From NCBI RefSeq assembly GCF_009914755.1, contig NC_060929.1: a DNA stretch of 64,000 nucleotides. One strand, written 5' to 3'. Below the pieces are notes generated by a model that saw only the letters and a list, made by a program, of their open reading frames with translations, searched no databases and was not told the origin of the DNA. Shown one piece after another: positions 12,709 to 29,426 of the stretch. The translations under genes were made by a program, and so were the position numbers. The stretch is from the human T2T-CHM13v2.0 reference genome, Homo sapiens. Positions within the stretch are counted from its first letter, which is position 1. Each line of letters begins with the position of its first letter.

Positions 12709-13240
12709 TGTAGTAGTTCGTTCTCGCACCACTATAAAGAGATACCTGAGACTGGGTAATATATAAAGAAAAGAGATTCAATTGGCTCGCAGTTCTGCAG
12801 GCTGTACGGGAAGTATAGTGGCTTTGGCTTCTGCTACTGGGGAGGCCTTAGGAAGGTTCCAATTAGGCTTTCGGAAAGGGGTGGCGAGGCATGTCACACA
12901 GTGGGAGCAGGAGAGAGAGAGAGAGAGGGAGAGGGAGAGGGAGAGGGAGGAGAGAAAGAAGAGAGAGAGGGGGAGAGGGGGAGAGAGGGGGAGAGAGGTG
13001 GAGAGAGGGGGAGAGAGAGAGAGAGAGAGAGAAATGCTACACACTTTTTAGCAACCAAATCTCCTGAAAACTCACTCACCATCATGAGAACAGCACCAAG
13101 GCACCAAGGGGATGGGGCTAAACCATTCGTGAGAAACTGCCTCCATGATCCAATCACCTTCCACCAGGCGTCCTCCTGCAACGCTGGGAATTATAATTCA
13201 ACATGAGATTTGGACAGGGACACAGATCCAAACCTTATCA
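12709..13240. mobile_element. MST (MSTB-like, ERVL-MaLR) solo LTR with expanded GA/GGA tract
   Basis: tg...ca termini, cctgagactgggtaat motif, ends with ccaaaccttatca. Confidence 0.85.
12910..13033. repeat. (GA)n/(GGGAGA)n polypurine tract
   Basis: ~120 nt of almost pure purine on the + strand. Confidence 0.95.
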
Positions 13241-16021
13241 CCAGCTAAGAATAATTGATTCTTTTGTGAGTGATATATCTAGAACCTCACTTCTGTAGAA
13301 TTATTTTTGATCATAAAACGTTAACATCTCTCTTGTCAGTGTAGTTCATTTTACCTGGTCCTAGACAAACTGGACATAGCTCTCAAATTTATAATAATTT
13401 TCAGAAAGAGTGTTTCTCTTGAAGAAATATTAGCCAAAGGCAAATCAAATTAGTTTGGTTTCAGTTAAAAATGTATTTTCTAACTCTAGTGATAATTTAA
13501 TCTTATGTTGCTTTTTTCAGCTAAGAAAACCTGATAATGAAGTTTTGCTTCATTTAATGGAGCTGTTTATGATACTGTTGCCCAAAGAGTGTCCCTCACT
13601 GGACCATATGAAAACAATTTTTCTCTGGTTGGTGGGGACCCTTGAATTTGGGATATGGGAATCTTCAGGGCACCAATTTCTACTTAACTGCCCTGTCTTC
13701 TAAGGATGCTAATCAACCAGCACCCTAGAGGTAACCCTCTCATGGACGGTATCTACACTGAAAAGGACAAGGTGCCAATTACCTACTACCTTTAGGATTT
13801 CTGCCAAGGGCTTCAATTAGCTTCCTGGAGTTCAGAATCCATCCCCTTCCAATTTACAATGGGTAAGCTTGGGATCCCTGGGGCTTGAAGGAACTGGTTG
13901 TGCTTCGGTTTCTGATTTTTAAAAAAATATTTCTAAAGAAATACATTTAGCTGGAGGGAGTTGGGATTAGAGACTCAAAGTGGTGGGGATATCCATGATT
14001 ACTGCTGCCTTCTTCCACAACGCAGTCTCTTTTAAGTCATGGAACTCACAGAGCACAGAACTCAGCAGAATGGATTCTGCTGTGAACCATGAGGAACCGA
14101 ATTGCAGGTGGATCTCAGTTGCCTCTTTTAAATAATTGCTTTTAGTTTTGGTCGAGAAGACAGAGATGAGAAAATCTTTTCATGAAGATTTCTTGACCAC
14201 CAAGCAGAATTAACCCCGCTCTCTCTGCCTTTGTGTCTTGGTGGTTCTTTATTTGCCTTTACTGCACTATTCTCTGAATCTACTTTGACTTTTGAACTCT
14301 GTTGGTAAACTGTGCATTCCTAGAGAAAGGACTGAGCTTTATTAGTCTCTGGGACAAAATTTCAGACATCAAAATGGCTCTCGATCGATATCATTTGAAA
14401 TAAAACAAACAGACTGAGCTCCAGGCGTAGTAGCAGGTGATTGAAATTCCCTGTCCCTCTGAATCCGTAGAGCAGCCCATGAGGGTGGTGTCTGGCATCA
14501 TCATTGTTATATTGATAATTTTCTTCCTATTGTTATAATTACCAATTTAGAAATTAAGAAATTGAGATTCGGGGAGATTCAAGGAGCTCCAGAATGTTAA
14601 GTGATCAAAGAATATGTGTTTACTTTATCGCAGGAACCTGATGGGATAATCCAGTAAGACTTTGTTTAAATCCACTCTCAGGTGCCAGGTAGTCCCCATT
14701 TATCTCAACCCTATCTATTCTTTGGGCCTGCTGGAGAATTAGAATGTTATTTAAACTATTGCTTTTGCTGCATTTTAACATCTTCTGACAGAATAGCTAG
14801 TGCATATAAATTATCTCATTTGAAGCTGTTTAGGAAATAAAAATTCTATTGCAAGAAGGGTTGGCCAAAATAGGATCACGACTGCTCCCTCTGAACTATT
14901 TCTGAGAATCTAGACACATAGAAATAAGCAATGTAAAACATATAATGTCATTGGTTATGTGGAGTGCCACATCTAAAAGTAAGGCTATGGGTATGAATTC
15001 ATTAGCTCTAGAATATATATGAAGTATTTTACTCAGTGTGCAAAACTAGGCTTATTATAAAATCCCATAAGCCCTTTAGCTTTCAAGTAGTAATTTAGTG
15101 ATCACTTTATTAAAGAATCACTATTTTAAGTGCCAAATATATGAAAGCACTTTTTGGTTTTTAATTTGTAAGATCAAATAATAGCCCACTATATAGGAAG
15201 TCAGCTTTATAAAGTGACCTTAAAGTAGCTAAAACATATTATATTTGATAAGTTGGGGAAAGCAAGCAGTGTCTTATTTGTGTCAAATTATATAAATTCT
15301 GTTCTTCTTTTAATACTTAGTGTAATATACTATTAGTTTTGCTGGAAACATACATTTGGTCATATTTCTGGTATCTATAAATTTTAACATTCTAAGATGA
15401 CTTTCAAAAGATTCTTTCCTTTGATGAGCAAACTTTCAAATCGTTAATGAATCAAGGTTATCAATATATCATTTGTGTTTTAAATAAGTGATTTAAAGGA
15501 GGTATCGCTGTTTATTGTTAAGATGAGAACAATATAAAATTGTATATGTATCTATATTTAAATAAAGATTTGTTGCTGTTCTGGGAAATAGGTTAATTTT
15601 TTTACCACTCTAATAGGTAAGAAATTACATCTCAAAACTCTTTGTTTTGCCTTTCCTTTCTTTCTCTCTCTTTCAGCTTTACTAAGACATAATTGACACA
15701 TTTAAAGTATACAAGTTGATGAGTTTTGATACCATGTGAAGCTACCACCACAATCAGGATAATGTGCCTATCTACCACCCTCAAAAGTTACTCATGCACC
15801 TTAGGAATTCCCCCACCTGCCTCTCCCCACCTGCCCACACCCCTCAAGCATTTCCTTGAGATTTTTATAAACGGAGACATACAGAATGTACCCTTTTTTA
15901 CTGCTTTCTTTCACTTAGAAAAATTGTTTTGAAATTTATCCATGTTGTAGTGTGTATCAATAACTCATTTTTATTGCAGAATAGTTTCCCGTTGTATTGG
16001 AGGTACCAATCTGTTTATCCC

Positions 16022-16430
16022 TGCTGCAGATTGGATATGGTTTGTTTGTCCCCATCAAATCTCATGTTGAACTTTGATCTCCAGTGTTAGAGGGAGTTCT
16101 AATGGGAGGTGTTTGGGTCATGGGGTTGCATCCCTCATGAATAGATTAACATCCTCCCTTGGGGGTGAGTTCTCAATAAGCTGATTGTTAAAAAGAGTCT
16201 GACACCTGCCTGTGTTGTCTCCTTGCTTCTTCTCTCACCCTGTGATATCTGCACATTCCTGTTCCTTCCACCATTAGTGGAAGCAGTCTGAGATCCTCCA
16301 GAAACTAAGCAGATGCTGACACCATGCTTCTTGTACAGCCTACAGATCCATCAGCTAAATAAACCTCTTTTCTTTTCAAATTACCAAGCCTCAGATATTC
16401 TTTTATAGCAACACACAACAGACTAAGACA
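16022..16430. mobile_element. MST/MLT1A-type MaLR solo LTR
   Basis: tg...gactaagaca termini with 5-nt TSD atcc(c/t). Confidence 0.8.
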
Positions 16431-16705
16431 ATCCTTTGTCTGTTGACTGACATTTAGATTATTTCCAGTTTTAGGCTCTTAAAAATAAGGCTTCTATGAA
16501 TATTCATGCATGAGTCTTTGTATAGACATATGCTTTCTTTTCTCTTGGGAAAATACACAAGAGTGGTGGTAGAGTCATATGGTAGGTGTACTTTTAACTT
16601 TTAAAAAACCTGCTAAACTGTTTTCCAAAGTCATTGTATCATTTAACATCCCCACCAGCAATGCATGAAAATTTTAGTTCGTCTACATTCTTTGCAACCC
16701 TATGA

Positions 16706-17033
<328 letters not shown>

Positions 17034-17479
17034 TTAGTCATTCTAATAGGCTTAGTTATAACTCATTGTGGTTTTAATTTGCATTTCCTTAATAGCTAAT
17101 GGTGTTGAGCAACTTTTCACTTGCTTATTTGCCATCCTTCAATCTTATTTAGTGAAGTATTTATTCAAGCCTTTTGTCCATTTTCAAGTTGTGTTAGTTT
17201 CTTATTTGATAATGAGAGTTTAAAAAAATATGATTTGGATGTAAAGAATTTTTCATATATATTTTGCAAGTATTTTCTCCTGTCTGTACCTGGTCTTGTA
17301 ATTCTCTTAGTAATGTCTGTAGATGAACAGAAGTTTTTTATTTTGATGAGATCTAATTTATCAATTTGTATTTTCATGGACCACGCTTTGACATCTGATC
17401 TAAAAAAATCTTTGCCCGAGGCTACAAATATTTCTCCTAATTTTTATTCTAGGAATGTTATACTTTTAGGGATTTTTTC

Positions 17480-20420
<2,941 letters not shown>

Positions 20421-23180
20421 GTTTCTCTTTTTATATTTAGGTCTATAATCTCTCTAGAAATTTCCCTCAGCTGAGGGAGCTCCAATTTACCACAATTACC
20501 TGCCCCACCTCCTTCTTCATAGGATTAACCTTCATTCAATGACTTCTGATGCAGGGCCATAAGATGTGACCTCCTTGCTTTGATTGGAAACAGTTTTGAA
20601 GGGCTATCCCAGCTCCATATCTCCCCTTGGAATTGGCTGAAGCCTCTGTTGTATTTTTCCTTCTCTCCTTACTTTATAGGGGCCATCTCCAATAAGCCTT
20701 CTGCAGCAAAATCTTTCAGACTCTGTTTCCTGGAACCCTAACCTCATACAATCACAAATATCAGAATAAATCATAACCTAATGAATGAGGTTGTGTGAAT
20801 AGAAATTAATAAGAAATATTAAACAGCCATAGTGTTATCACTGAAAGCAAGACAAAAAATATGAATAGAAACTGTCATTGTAACTGACAGCCCTTTAGAG
20901 AAATCTTTCTTAATATATATAAGAAATTAAATGAATATCTGCTTGCAAACTTCAGGGAAGTAAAATATTTTATTTAACAAATCATTGCAATGTTCATATA
21001 TTCAATTTTAAGAATTTACTTTTTGCCACAAAAGGACACAAATAGTATGTAAATTGAATCTTTATTTCTAGATTCTTCTGCTAAAGGTAAGTAATGTTAT
21101 TTTCCCAGATCTTATTTACCCACATTATACTCTCCTGTTCCCATTCTGTTCCCTGCTCCTATGAACTATATTCACCCAATTTAAATAGTGTAGCCTAAAT
21201 TCTCTGCAGAAAAAAGCTTCTGAAGATTTTGGCTCAAGCAGTGCATAGAAAGGTAGTAATAGTATCCTTGTAATTGGGATTTTTTTTTTGCCTGATATCA
21301 AGAAAGATCAAAATTTCAATTAATTTAATTTGATTATCATTAATTTTTTGAACTTTACCTGCTGCAATTGACTAAATTCTTAATATTTTATTTACCTTAA
21401 TAATTTATTTCTCCTTCATAAAACCCATTAAAGTTGGGAAGCAGAAGGTCTCCAGGGAACTCTCTGGATGGACACTTAACCTGGGAATGCCTTTCTGCAA
21501 TCTGGGCAGCAATGGGTAGGAGGGGGAAAATTGTCATTGTGAGGGCTCTATCCAGAAGTTACACATATAACTTCTGCACTCCTTCATCAGCCAAAGAAGT
21601 CACATAGTCCCAAAAACTTCAGGCTTGTGGAAGTAAAATCATATTATGTGCCTGGGAAAAGTTTTAGAACTATCTTGTGACCAGAAAATTATAGCAATAT
21701 AAAGCTAGACAAAAAAAAAAAAAAAAGAAAACAAGAACAAAACAAAACAAAAAAAACACAGAATTAAATCTAAGAAGGAAGCATTATCTCCAGAAGTTCT
21801 CACTTTAATAATAAGTGCTATTTAACTTGAGAGCAGAGGCCATAAAAAAGATCTTAGTGATTTAAAATGAGGTTGGCCAAATATCTGGGAAGTGTCCTTT
21901 AGAAAATGATCCTTCACAAACAACTGGGCAAGACGACCTATTTCATTTTTAATTTACATGATAGTGCAAATGTATAAGAAAAAAAAGGTCCTGTCTTCAT
22001 GCAAATGTGTTCTTTTAATTTTTTTAAATGTCAACAGACAAAGAAATTTAGAAAACACGTGGCACTGAAACAGATTGTTTACAGACAGAATGTTTTTCAG
22101 AATTTCCCCAAGAGGCACCAGTGGTGCAAAGAACCTCTATAAATGGAAGCATCTGAGTGTCTCCAGATTTGTTTCATCAGATACCCATGACATTTTTTTC
22201 TCCATTTGGCTCCTTCAAATGGCAAAAAGTTCCTAACAACTGGCATAATTTGAGGAAAGCATACTAATTTGTGCTGTGTAGTGCTGGCACATTTTATTCT
22301 CTATGAGGGTGTTGAGGAGTTTGTATGTATAGAAGGAAGGGAATTTGGTAATGTGAAAAAGGGAGATAAATATACATCCTTAGAGTTTAAGGGTTACTCT
22401 GTACTAACACTTTGAATAAAATCAGATTTTATGTGCAACTTGCTCATCCTCTGGAAACTGAATGTTTAGATCAGGGAAGACTGGGCAAGGGGAAGCCAGT
22501 TTTGAGGATCATCTTGTTAAAAATATTTAAAAATTTTTAATTGTTATGGGTACACAGTGGTGTGTATATCTATGGGGTACATAAGATGAAATATTTTGAT
22601 ACAGGCATAAATATATAATAATCACAACAGGATAAATGGGTACCCATCACCTCAAGCTTTTATATTTTATTTGTGTTACAAACAATCCAATTATACTCTT
22701 TTAGTTATTTTTAAATGTACAATAAGCTATTATTGACTGTACTCACCCTGTTGTGCTATCAAATACTAGATCTTATTCATTTTCTCTAACTACATTTTTG
22801 TACCCATTGACCATCCTCACTTCCCCACACAGACCCCTTCCAGCTTCTGTTAGCCATCCTTCCACTTTTTATCTCCATGGATTCAATTGTTTTAATTTTT
22901 AGCTCCCAAAAATAAGTGACAGCATGCAAAGTTTGTCCTTCTTGACAGGTTTATTTCACTTAACATAATGTCCTCCAATTTCATCCATATTGTTGAAAAG
23001 GACAGGATATCGTTCTTTTATATGGCTGACTAGTACACCATTGTGTACATCTACCACATTTTCTTTTTCTATTCATCCGTTGATGGACACTTAGACTGCT
23101 TCCAAATCCTGGCTATTGTGACTAGTGCTGCAATAAATGTGGGAGTGCATGTATCTCTTCAATATGCTTGTTTCCTTTAT

Positions 23181-23217
23181 ATTTTATATATACATACATA
23201 TATATATATATACACAC

Positions 23218-23248
<31 letters not shown>

Positions 23249-23328
23249 CAGACACATACATATATATATATATACACACACATACATATATATATATATA
23301 CACACATACATATATATATATATATATA
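23181..23328. repeat. Compound (TA)n/(CA)n/(TACA)n microsatellite
   Basis: Direct reading. Confidence 0.95.
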
Positions 23329-23382
23329 CCAAGCAGTGGGATTGCTGAATCATGTGATAGCTCTATTTTTTGAGAAAACTCC

Positions 23383-25780
23383 TGTATTAGTCCATTCTCA
23401 CATTGCTCTAAAGAACTACCTGAGACTGGGTAATTTATAAAGAAAAGAGGATGAACTGGCTCAGGGTTCTGCTCATGGTTCTACAGAAAGCATGGCTGGG
23501 AGGCTTCAGAAAACTTATAATCATGGTGGAAGTTGAAGAAGAAGGAGGCACGTCTCGCATGGCCAGATCAGAGGAAGGGGGGGGGGGAGGTGACACATGC
23601 TTTTTAAACCACCAGATCTCATGAGAACTCACTTACTATCATGAGAACAGCAAGGGGGATGTCCACCCCCCAATCCAATCATCTCCCACCAGACTCTTCC
23701 TCCAACATTGGGGATCACAATTCAACATGAGATTTGTGCTGGGACACAACTCAGACCATATCATTTCACCCTCACCCTCCCAAATCTCACGTCCTTCTCA
23801 CATTGCAAAATACAATCAACCTTTCTCAACAATCTCCCAAGTCTTAAATCATTTCAGCATTAACTCAAAAGTCTACAGTCCAAAGTATCTTCTGAGACAA
23901 GATAAGTCCCTTCTGCCTATGAGTATGTAAAATCAAAACCAGTTAGTTACTTCCAAGATACAATGGGGGTACTGGCATTGGGTAAATACTCCTATTCTAA
24001 AAGGGAAAAAATCAGCCCAAACAAAGGGGCTAAAGGCCCCATGCAAGTCCAAAACTCAGCAGGGCAGTCATTAAATCTTAAAGCTCCAAAATGATTTCCT
24101 TTGCCTCCATGTTTCACATCCTGGCAACACTGATGAAATGGGCAGAATCCCAAGGCCTTGGGTAGCTCTGCCCCTGTGGTTCTGCAGGGGACAGCCACCA
24201 TGGCTGCTTTCATGGGCTGGCATTGAGTGTGCCTGCAGCTTTTCCAGGGGCACGGTGCAAGCTGTTGGTGGATCTACCATGCTGGGGTCTGGAGGATGGT
24301 GGCTGTCTTCAAACAGCTCCACTAGGCAGTGCCCCAGTGGGGACTCTGTATGTAGGCTCCAACCCTATATTTCTCCTCCACACTGCCCTAGTAGAGGTTC
24401 TCCATGAGGGCTTTGGCCCTGCAGCAGACTTCTGCCTGGACATCCAGGCCTTTCCATACATTCCTTGAAATCTAGGCAGAGGCTCCTAAGCCTCAACTCT
24501 CATATTCTGCACCCACAGGCTTAACACCACATGGAAGCCTCCAAGGCTTACAACTTGTACCCTCTGAAACAACAGGCTGAGCTGTATCTTGGGAACTTTA
24601 AGATACAGACCTTAAGATGGCTGGGCCTGGAGTGGCTATAGTGCATGGCACCACGTCCTGAGGCTGTACAGAGCAGCAGGACCTTGGGCCTGGCCACAAA
24701 ACCATTCTTTCTTCCTTGGCCTCCAGGCCTATGATGGGAGGGACTGACATGAAGTTCTCTGAAATGTCTTCGAGGTCTTTCCCCATTATCTTGACTATCA
24801 ACATTTGGCTCCTCTTTACATATGCAAATTTCTGTAGCTGGCTTGAATTTCTCCCCGGAAAACGGGTTTTTCTTTTCTACTACGTGGCTGGGCTGCAAAT
24901 TTTCCAAACTTTTACACTCTGCTTCCCTTTTAGATATTAGTTTCAGTTTCAGACCATTTCTTTGCTCATGCATATGACCATATGCTGTTAGAACCAGCCA
25001 GCGCATATCTTGAATGCTTTGCTGCTTAGAAATTTCTTCCACCAGATACCCTAAATCATCTCTCTCATGTTCAACATTCTACATATTCCCAGAGCAGAGG
25101 CAAAATGCCTCCAGCTTCTTTGCTAACATATAACAAAACTGACCTTACTCCAGTTCTCAATAAGTTCCTTATCTCCATCTGAGACCACCTCAGCCTGACT
25201 TCATTGTCTATATCACTATCAGGATTTTGGTCACAACCATTCAAGAAGTCTCTAGGAGTTCCAAACTTTCCCTCATCTTTCTGTCTTCTTCTGAGCCCTC
25301 CAAACTCTTCTAACCTATGCCCATTACTGAGTCCCAAAGCTGCTTCCACATTTTCAGGTATCTTTATAGCAATGCCCCACTCCCAGTATCAATTTTCTGC
25401 ATTAGTCCATTCTCAAATTGCTATAAAGAACTACCTGAGACTGAGTAATTTATAGATAAAAGAGGTTTGATTGGCTCATGGTTCCTCAAGCTGTACAGGA
25501 AGCATGGCTGTGGAGGCCTCAGGAAACTTGCAGTCATGGTACAAGGCAAAGGAGAAGGAGGCATGTCTTGCATGGCTGGGGCAGGAGGAAGAGAGAAAGC
25601 GGGGAGGTGCCACACACTTTTAAACAACCAGATCTCATGAGAGCTCACTCATTATCATGCGAACTACAAGGGGGAGTAAGCCCCAATGATCCAATCACCC
25701 CCCACTAGGCTCCTCCTCCAACACTGGGGGTTACAATTCAACATGAGATTTGGGTGGGGATACAAATTCAAACCATATCA
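23383..25780. mobile_element. Full MST (MSTA-like) MaLR provirus: LTR 23383-23763, internal 23764-25397, LTR 25398-25780
   Basis: Two direct LTRs (tg(t/c)attagtccattctc...accatatca) around a ~1.6 kb MaLR internal region, with 5-nt TSD actcc/cctcc. Confidence 0.9.
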
Positions 25781-28316
25781 CCTCCATACTGTTCTTTATA
25801 GTAACTGTACTAATTTACATTTCCACCAACAGTGTATGAGGGTTCCCTTTTCTCCACATCCCTGCCAGCATTTGTCATTGCCTGTCTTTTGGATAAAGGC
25901 CATTTTAACTGGGGTGAGATGATATCTCATGTAGTTTTGATTTGCGTTTCTCTGATGATCAGTGATGTCAAGCACTTCTTCGTATGGCTGTTTGCCATTT
26001 GTATGTCTTCTTTTGAGGAATGTCTTTTAGGATCTTTTGCTCATTTTTAATTAGAGTACTTTTTTTTTTTTACTATTGTTTGAGCTCCTTATATATCCTG
26101 GCTATGAATCCCTTGTCAGATGGGTAGTTTGCAAATATTTTCTCCCATTTGTGGGTTGTTTCTTCACTTTGTTGATTATTTCCTTTGCTATACAGAAGCT
26201 TTTTAATGTCATGTGATCCCATTTGTCAATTTTTGCTTTAGTTCCCTGTGCTTATGGAGTATTACTCAAGAAATATTTGCCCAGAACAATGTCCTGGAGC
26301 ATTTCCTCAATGTTTTCTTTTAGTAGTTTCATAGTTGAGGTCTTAGATTTAAGTCTTTCATCCATTTTGATTTGATTTTTGTGTATGGCGAAACATAGGG
26401 GTCTAGTTTCATTCTTCTCCATATGGATATCCAGTTTTCCCAGCACCATTTATTGAAGAGACTGTCCCTTCTCCAATGTATGTTCTTGGTAACTTTGTCA
26501 GAAATGAGTTTACTGTAGATGTATGAATTTATTTCTGCATTCTCTATTTTGCTCCATTTGTCTGTTTTCATTTTTGTGCCAGTATCATGCTGTTTTGGTT
26601 ACTATAGCTCTGTGGTATAATTTGAAGTCAGGTAATGTGATTCCTCCAGTTTTGCTCTTTTTGCTCAGGGTATCTTTGGCTATTCTAGGTCTTTTATGGT
26701 TCCGCACAAATCTTGGATTTTTTTTTAAATTCTGAGAAGAATTTCGTTGTCATTTTGTTAGAGATTGCATTGAATCCGTACATTGCTTTGGGCAGTATGG
26801 ACATTTTAAAAATATTTATTCTTCCAGACCATGAACATGGAATGTTGTTTCCTTTTTTTGGTATCCTCTTCAATTTCTTGCACTAATGTTTTATAGTTTT
26901 CATTGTACAAATCTTTCATTTATTTGGCTAAGTTTATTCCTGGGTATTTTATTTTATTTTTATCTCTTGTAAATGGAATTACTTTCTTGATTTCTTTTTC
27001 AGGTTGTTTGCTGTTGGCATACAGAAATGTTACTGATTTTTGTATGTTGATTTTGTATTCTACAACTTTACTAAATTTGTTTGTCAGTTCTAATAGCTAT
27101 TTTTTATGAAGTCTTTAGGTTTTTCCAAACATAAGATCATATTATCTGCAAACAAGGATAATTTGACTTCTTCCTTTCCAATCTGGATGCTCTCTATTTT
27201 ATTCTCATCTCATTGCTCTAGGTAGGAGTTCTAGTACTATGTTGAATAACAGTGGTGAAAATGGAGAGACCATCAAAATTAATCAGTCTGACTTTGAAAG
27301 CACAGTTCAATTGCTATGATCTGAAGAAAATTACTTTTCAAAACTGTTTAAAATTTCCTTAAGAGAAGATATCATTCGAAGGGGTTAGGACAGTTACTTA
27401 ATCTAGCCTTTCTCTTTGAGAGGCTTTCTCTGGATACTTGGGGAAGTTGGCAGAGAATGCAGGTGGCAACAGGGTAAATAGCACAAGGATGCAGCCTCTC
27501 AGGAAGGAAGTCTGACCTCTGGCTGCCCTCAGTCTCACCAGGCAGATTGCGTAACATCAGCTTAACTTATTTTGATAGTTTTGTTAAACTGAAATTTGCT
27601 GCTGGAAATAATACCCCCAGGTCTTCATGTCAATAGCTAAACTGTTTATGTTAGATCAGATATCAGAGTCCATTGGTTATTTTGAAATAAGTTAAAATAT
27701 TTCAATCAATGTGGTGTACTATCTGTACTTAGGTTCAGAGAAATGGAGGGTTTTTCTAAGTTTGATTAGAGCTTGCTTCTTCAAGAAGTTGATTGAATGA
27801 GGTTATGCATTAACACAGAAAGATGACAAGATAATTTGGATTCTGAAAATTCTGTATCTCATAAGAAAATTTATCACTTACCATTTTTTCAACTCATTTA
27901 AGAAGTATTTCCAAATACTCAAAGTAAGTGATTGAAAAATATTTATAATGTTTATTACAATATAATATCCTTCATATATTAAGGTCTTGCCTTAAATACC
28001 TAAGGAGAATGCTATAAATTCTAGAACAACCTGCTTTCTCTAGGGCCTATTTCTACCTGCGATCTTCCTTACAATAGAAACATCTATGTCTGTGGTGACT
28101 ACATTCTGAATCCTATTAATCTTTTTCTTCCAAATTATAGCAGCATTGAGTTTTTGCCTCCTAATGTGTTTTTACATTCTTTTCTGATAATTATGTTATT
28201 GAAAATCTAGAAAGAAGTCTTCCATAGTACTTGCTTTGTGATCACTCATCATGTAATGCTCAAATCCAAATGTACTAAATGGTTGGAATTGGTTTGTGGT
28301 TTAAAAAAAAAGTCTA

Positions 28317-28649
<333 letters not shown>

Positions 28650-29112
28650 TTACCCCTATATATACTAGGAAAATAGTATCATCATTCACCATCTCAACTA
28701 AAGAAATCCATCTAAATTTTTTCATTTTTAAGTCATTTTTCAAATAATTTACAGAAGGATAAAGGCATAATAGAAAAACTGATTAGAAATTTTAATAAAA
28801 GTTAAACATAGCAAAACTCTTTGTATCAAATAAAAAATTTGGCACACAAACATTATAAAAGATAAAAGAATATTGTCATATATGCAATTAGCAAAAGAGG
28901 AAAGCCCAAATTCTTGTTGCAAAATATGGTGTGATACAGTCTGTCCTGTATGAAGTACTCTATTTTCTTTATTTTCCATAGAGACAGGTTGTTTACTCAT
29001 TGATTCATGAATTTGAGGAAATTTGTTAAAGTTTGTAGGAAATCATGATCTAAAGATTCATAGTCTATTTCATTTACATGATTGATTCCATCATCAGCAT
29101 TAGTGTGTAAAG

Positions 29113-29426
29113 TAGCACTGTCCAACAGAAATATATTTCATGTTATACATGTAATTAAGAAGTTTCTAGTAGCCAAATTGAAAATTTTAAACAGGTGAAA
29201 TTAAATTTGAATAATACATTTTATTTAATTTTGCATATTCAAAGTATTATTTCAACATATAATTGATATAAAATATTAATAAGATATCTGATATTCCCAT
29301 TTATTGTACTAAAGCTTCAAAATCAGTGTGTATTTTATACTTAAAACACATCTCAAGTCAAACTAACCATATTTTAAGTACCTGAATGTCACATGTAATT
29401 AGTGGCTACCCTATGGGACAGTGCTG
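29113..29426. mobile_element. hAT-Charlie MITE (MER33/MER3-like)
   Basis: Terminal inverted repeats agcactgtcc ... ggacagtgct, ~315 nt long, with degenerate 8-nt TSD gtgtaaag/gtctggag. Confidence 0.75.

Larger units (their letters stand above)
22530..27265 (-). mobile_element. L1MA-type element split by an MST provirus
   Basis: L1 3'UTR and ORF2 remnants ([10 protein letters not shown]...KLDPY, 26329..26571). The sequence is contiguous across the MST insertion. Confidence 0.85.

Noticed and set aside
12778-13206. ER/SL-rich ORFs
   Set aside because: Translations of the GA-repeat tract inside an MST LTR.
23043-23440. YI/HT-rich ORFs
   Set aside because: Translations of a TA/CA microsatellite.
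23992-25349. Several ORFs up to 164 aa
   Set aside because: Fragmented MaLR internal sequence with no intact gag/pol.
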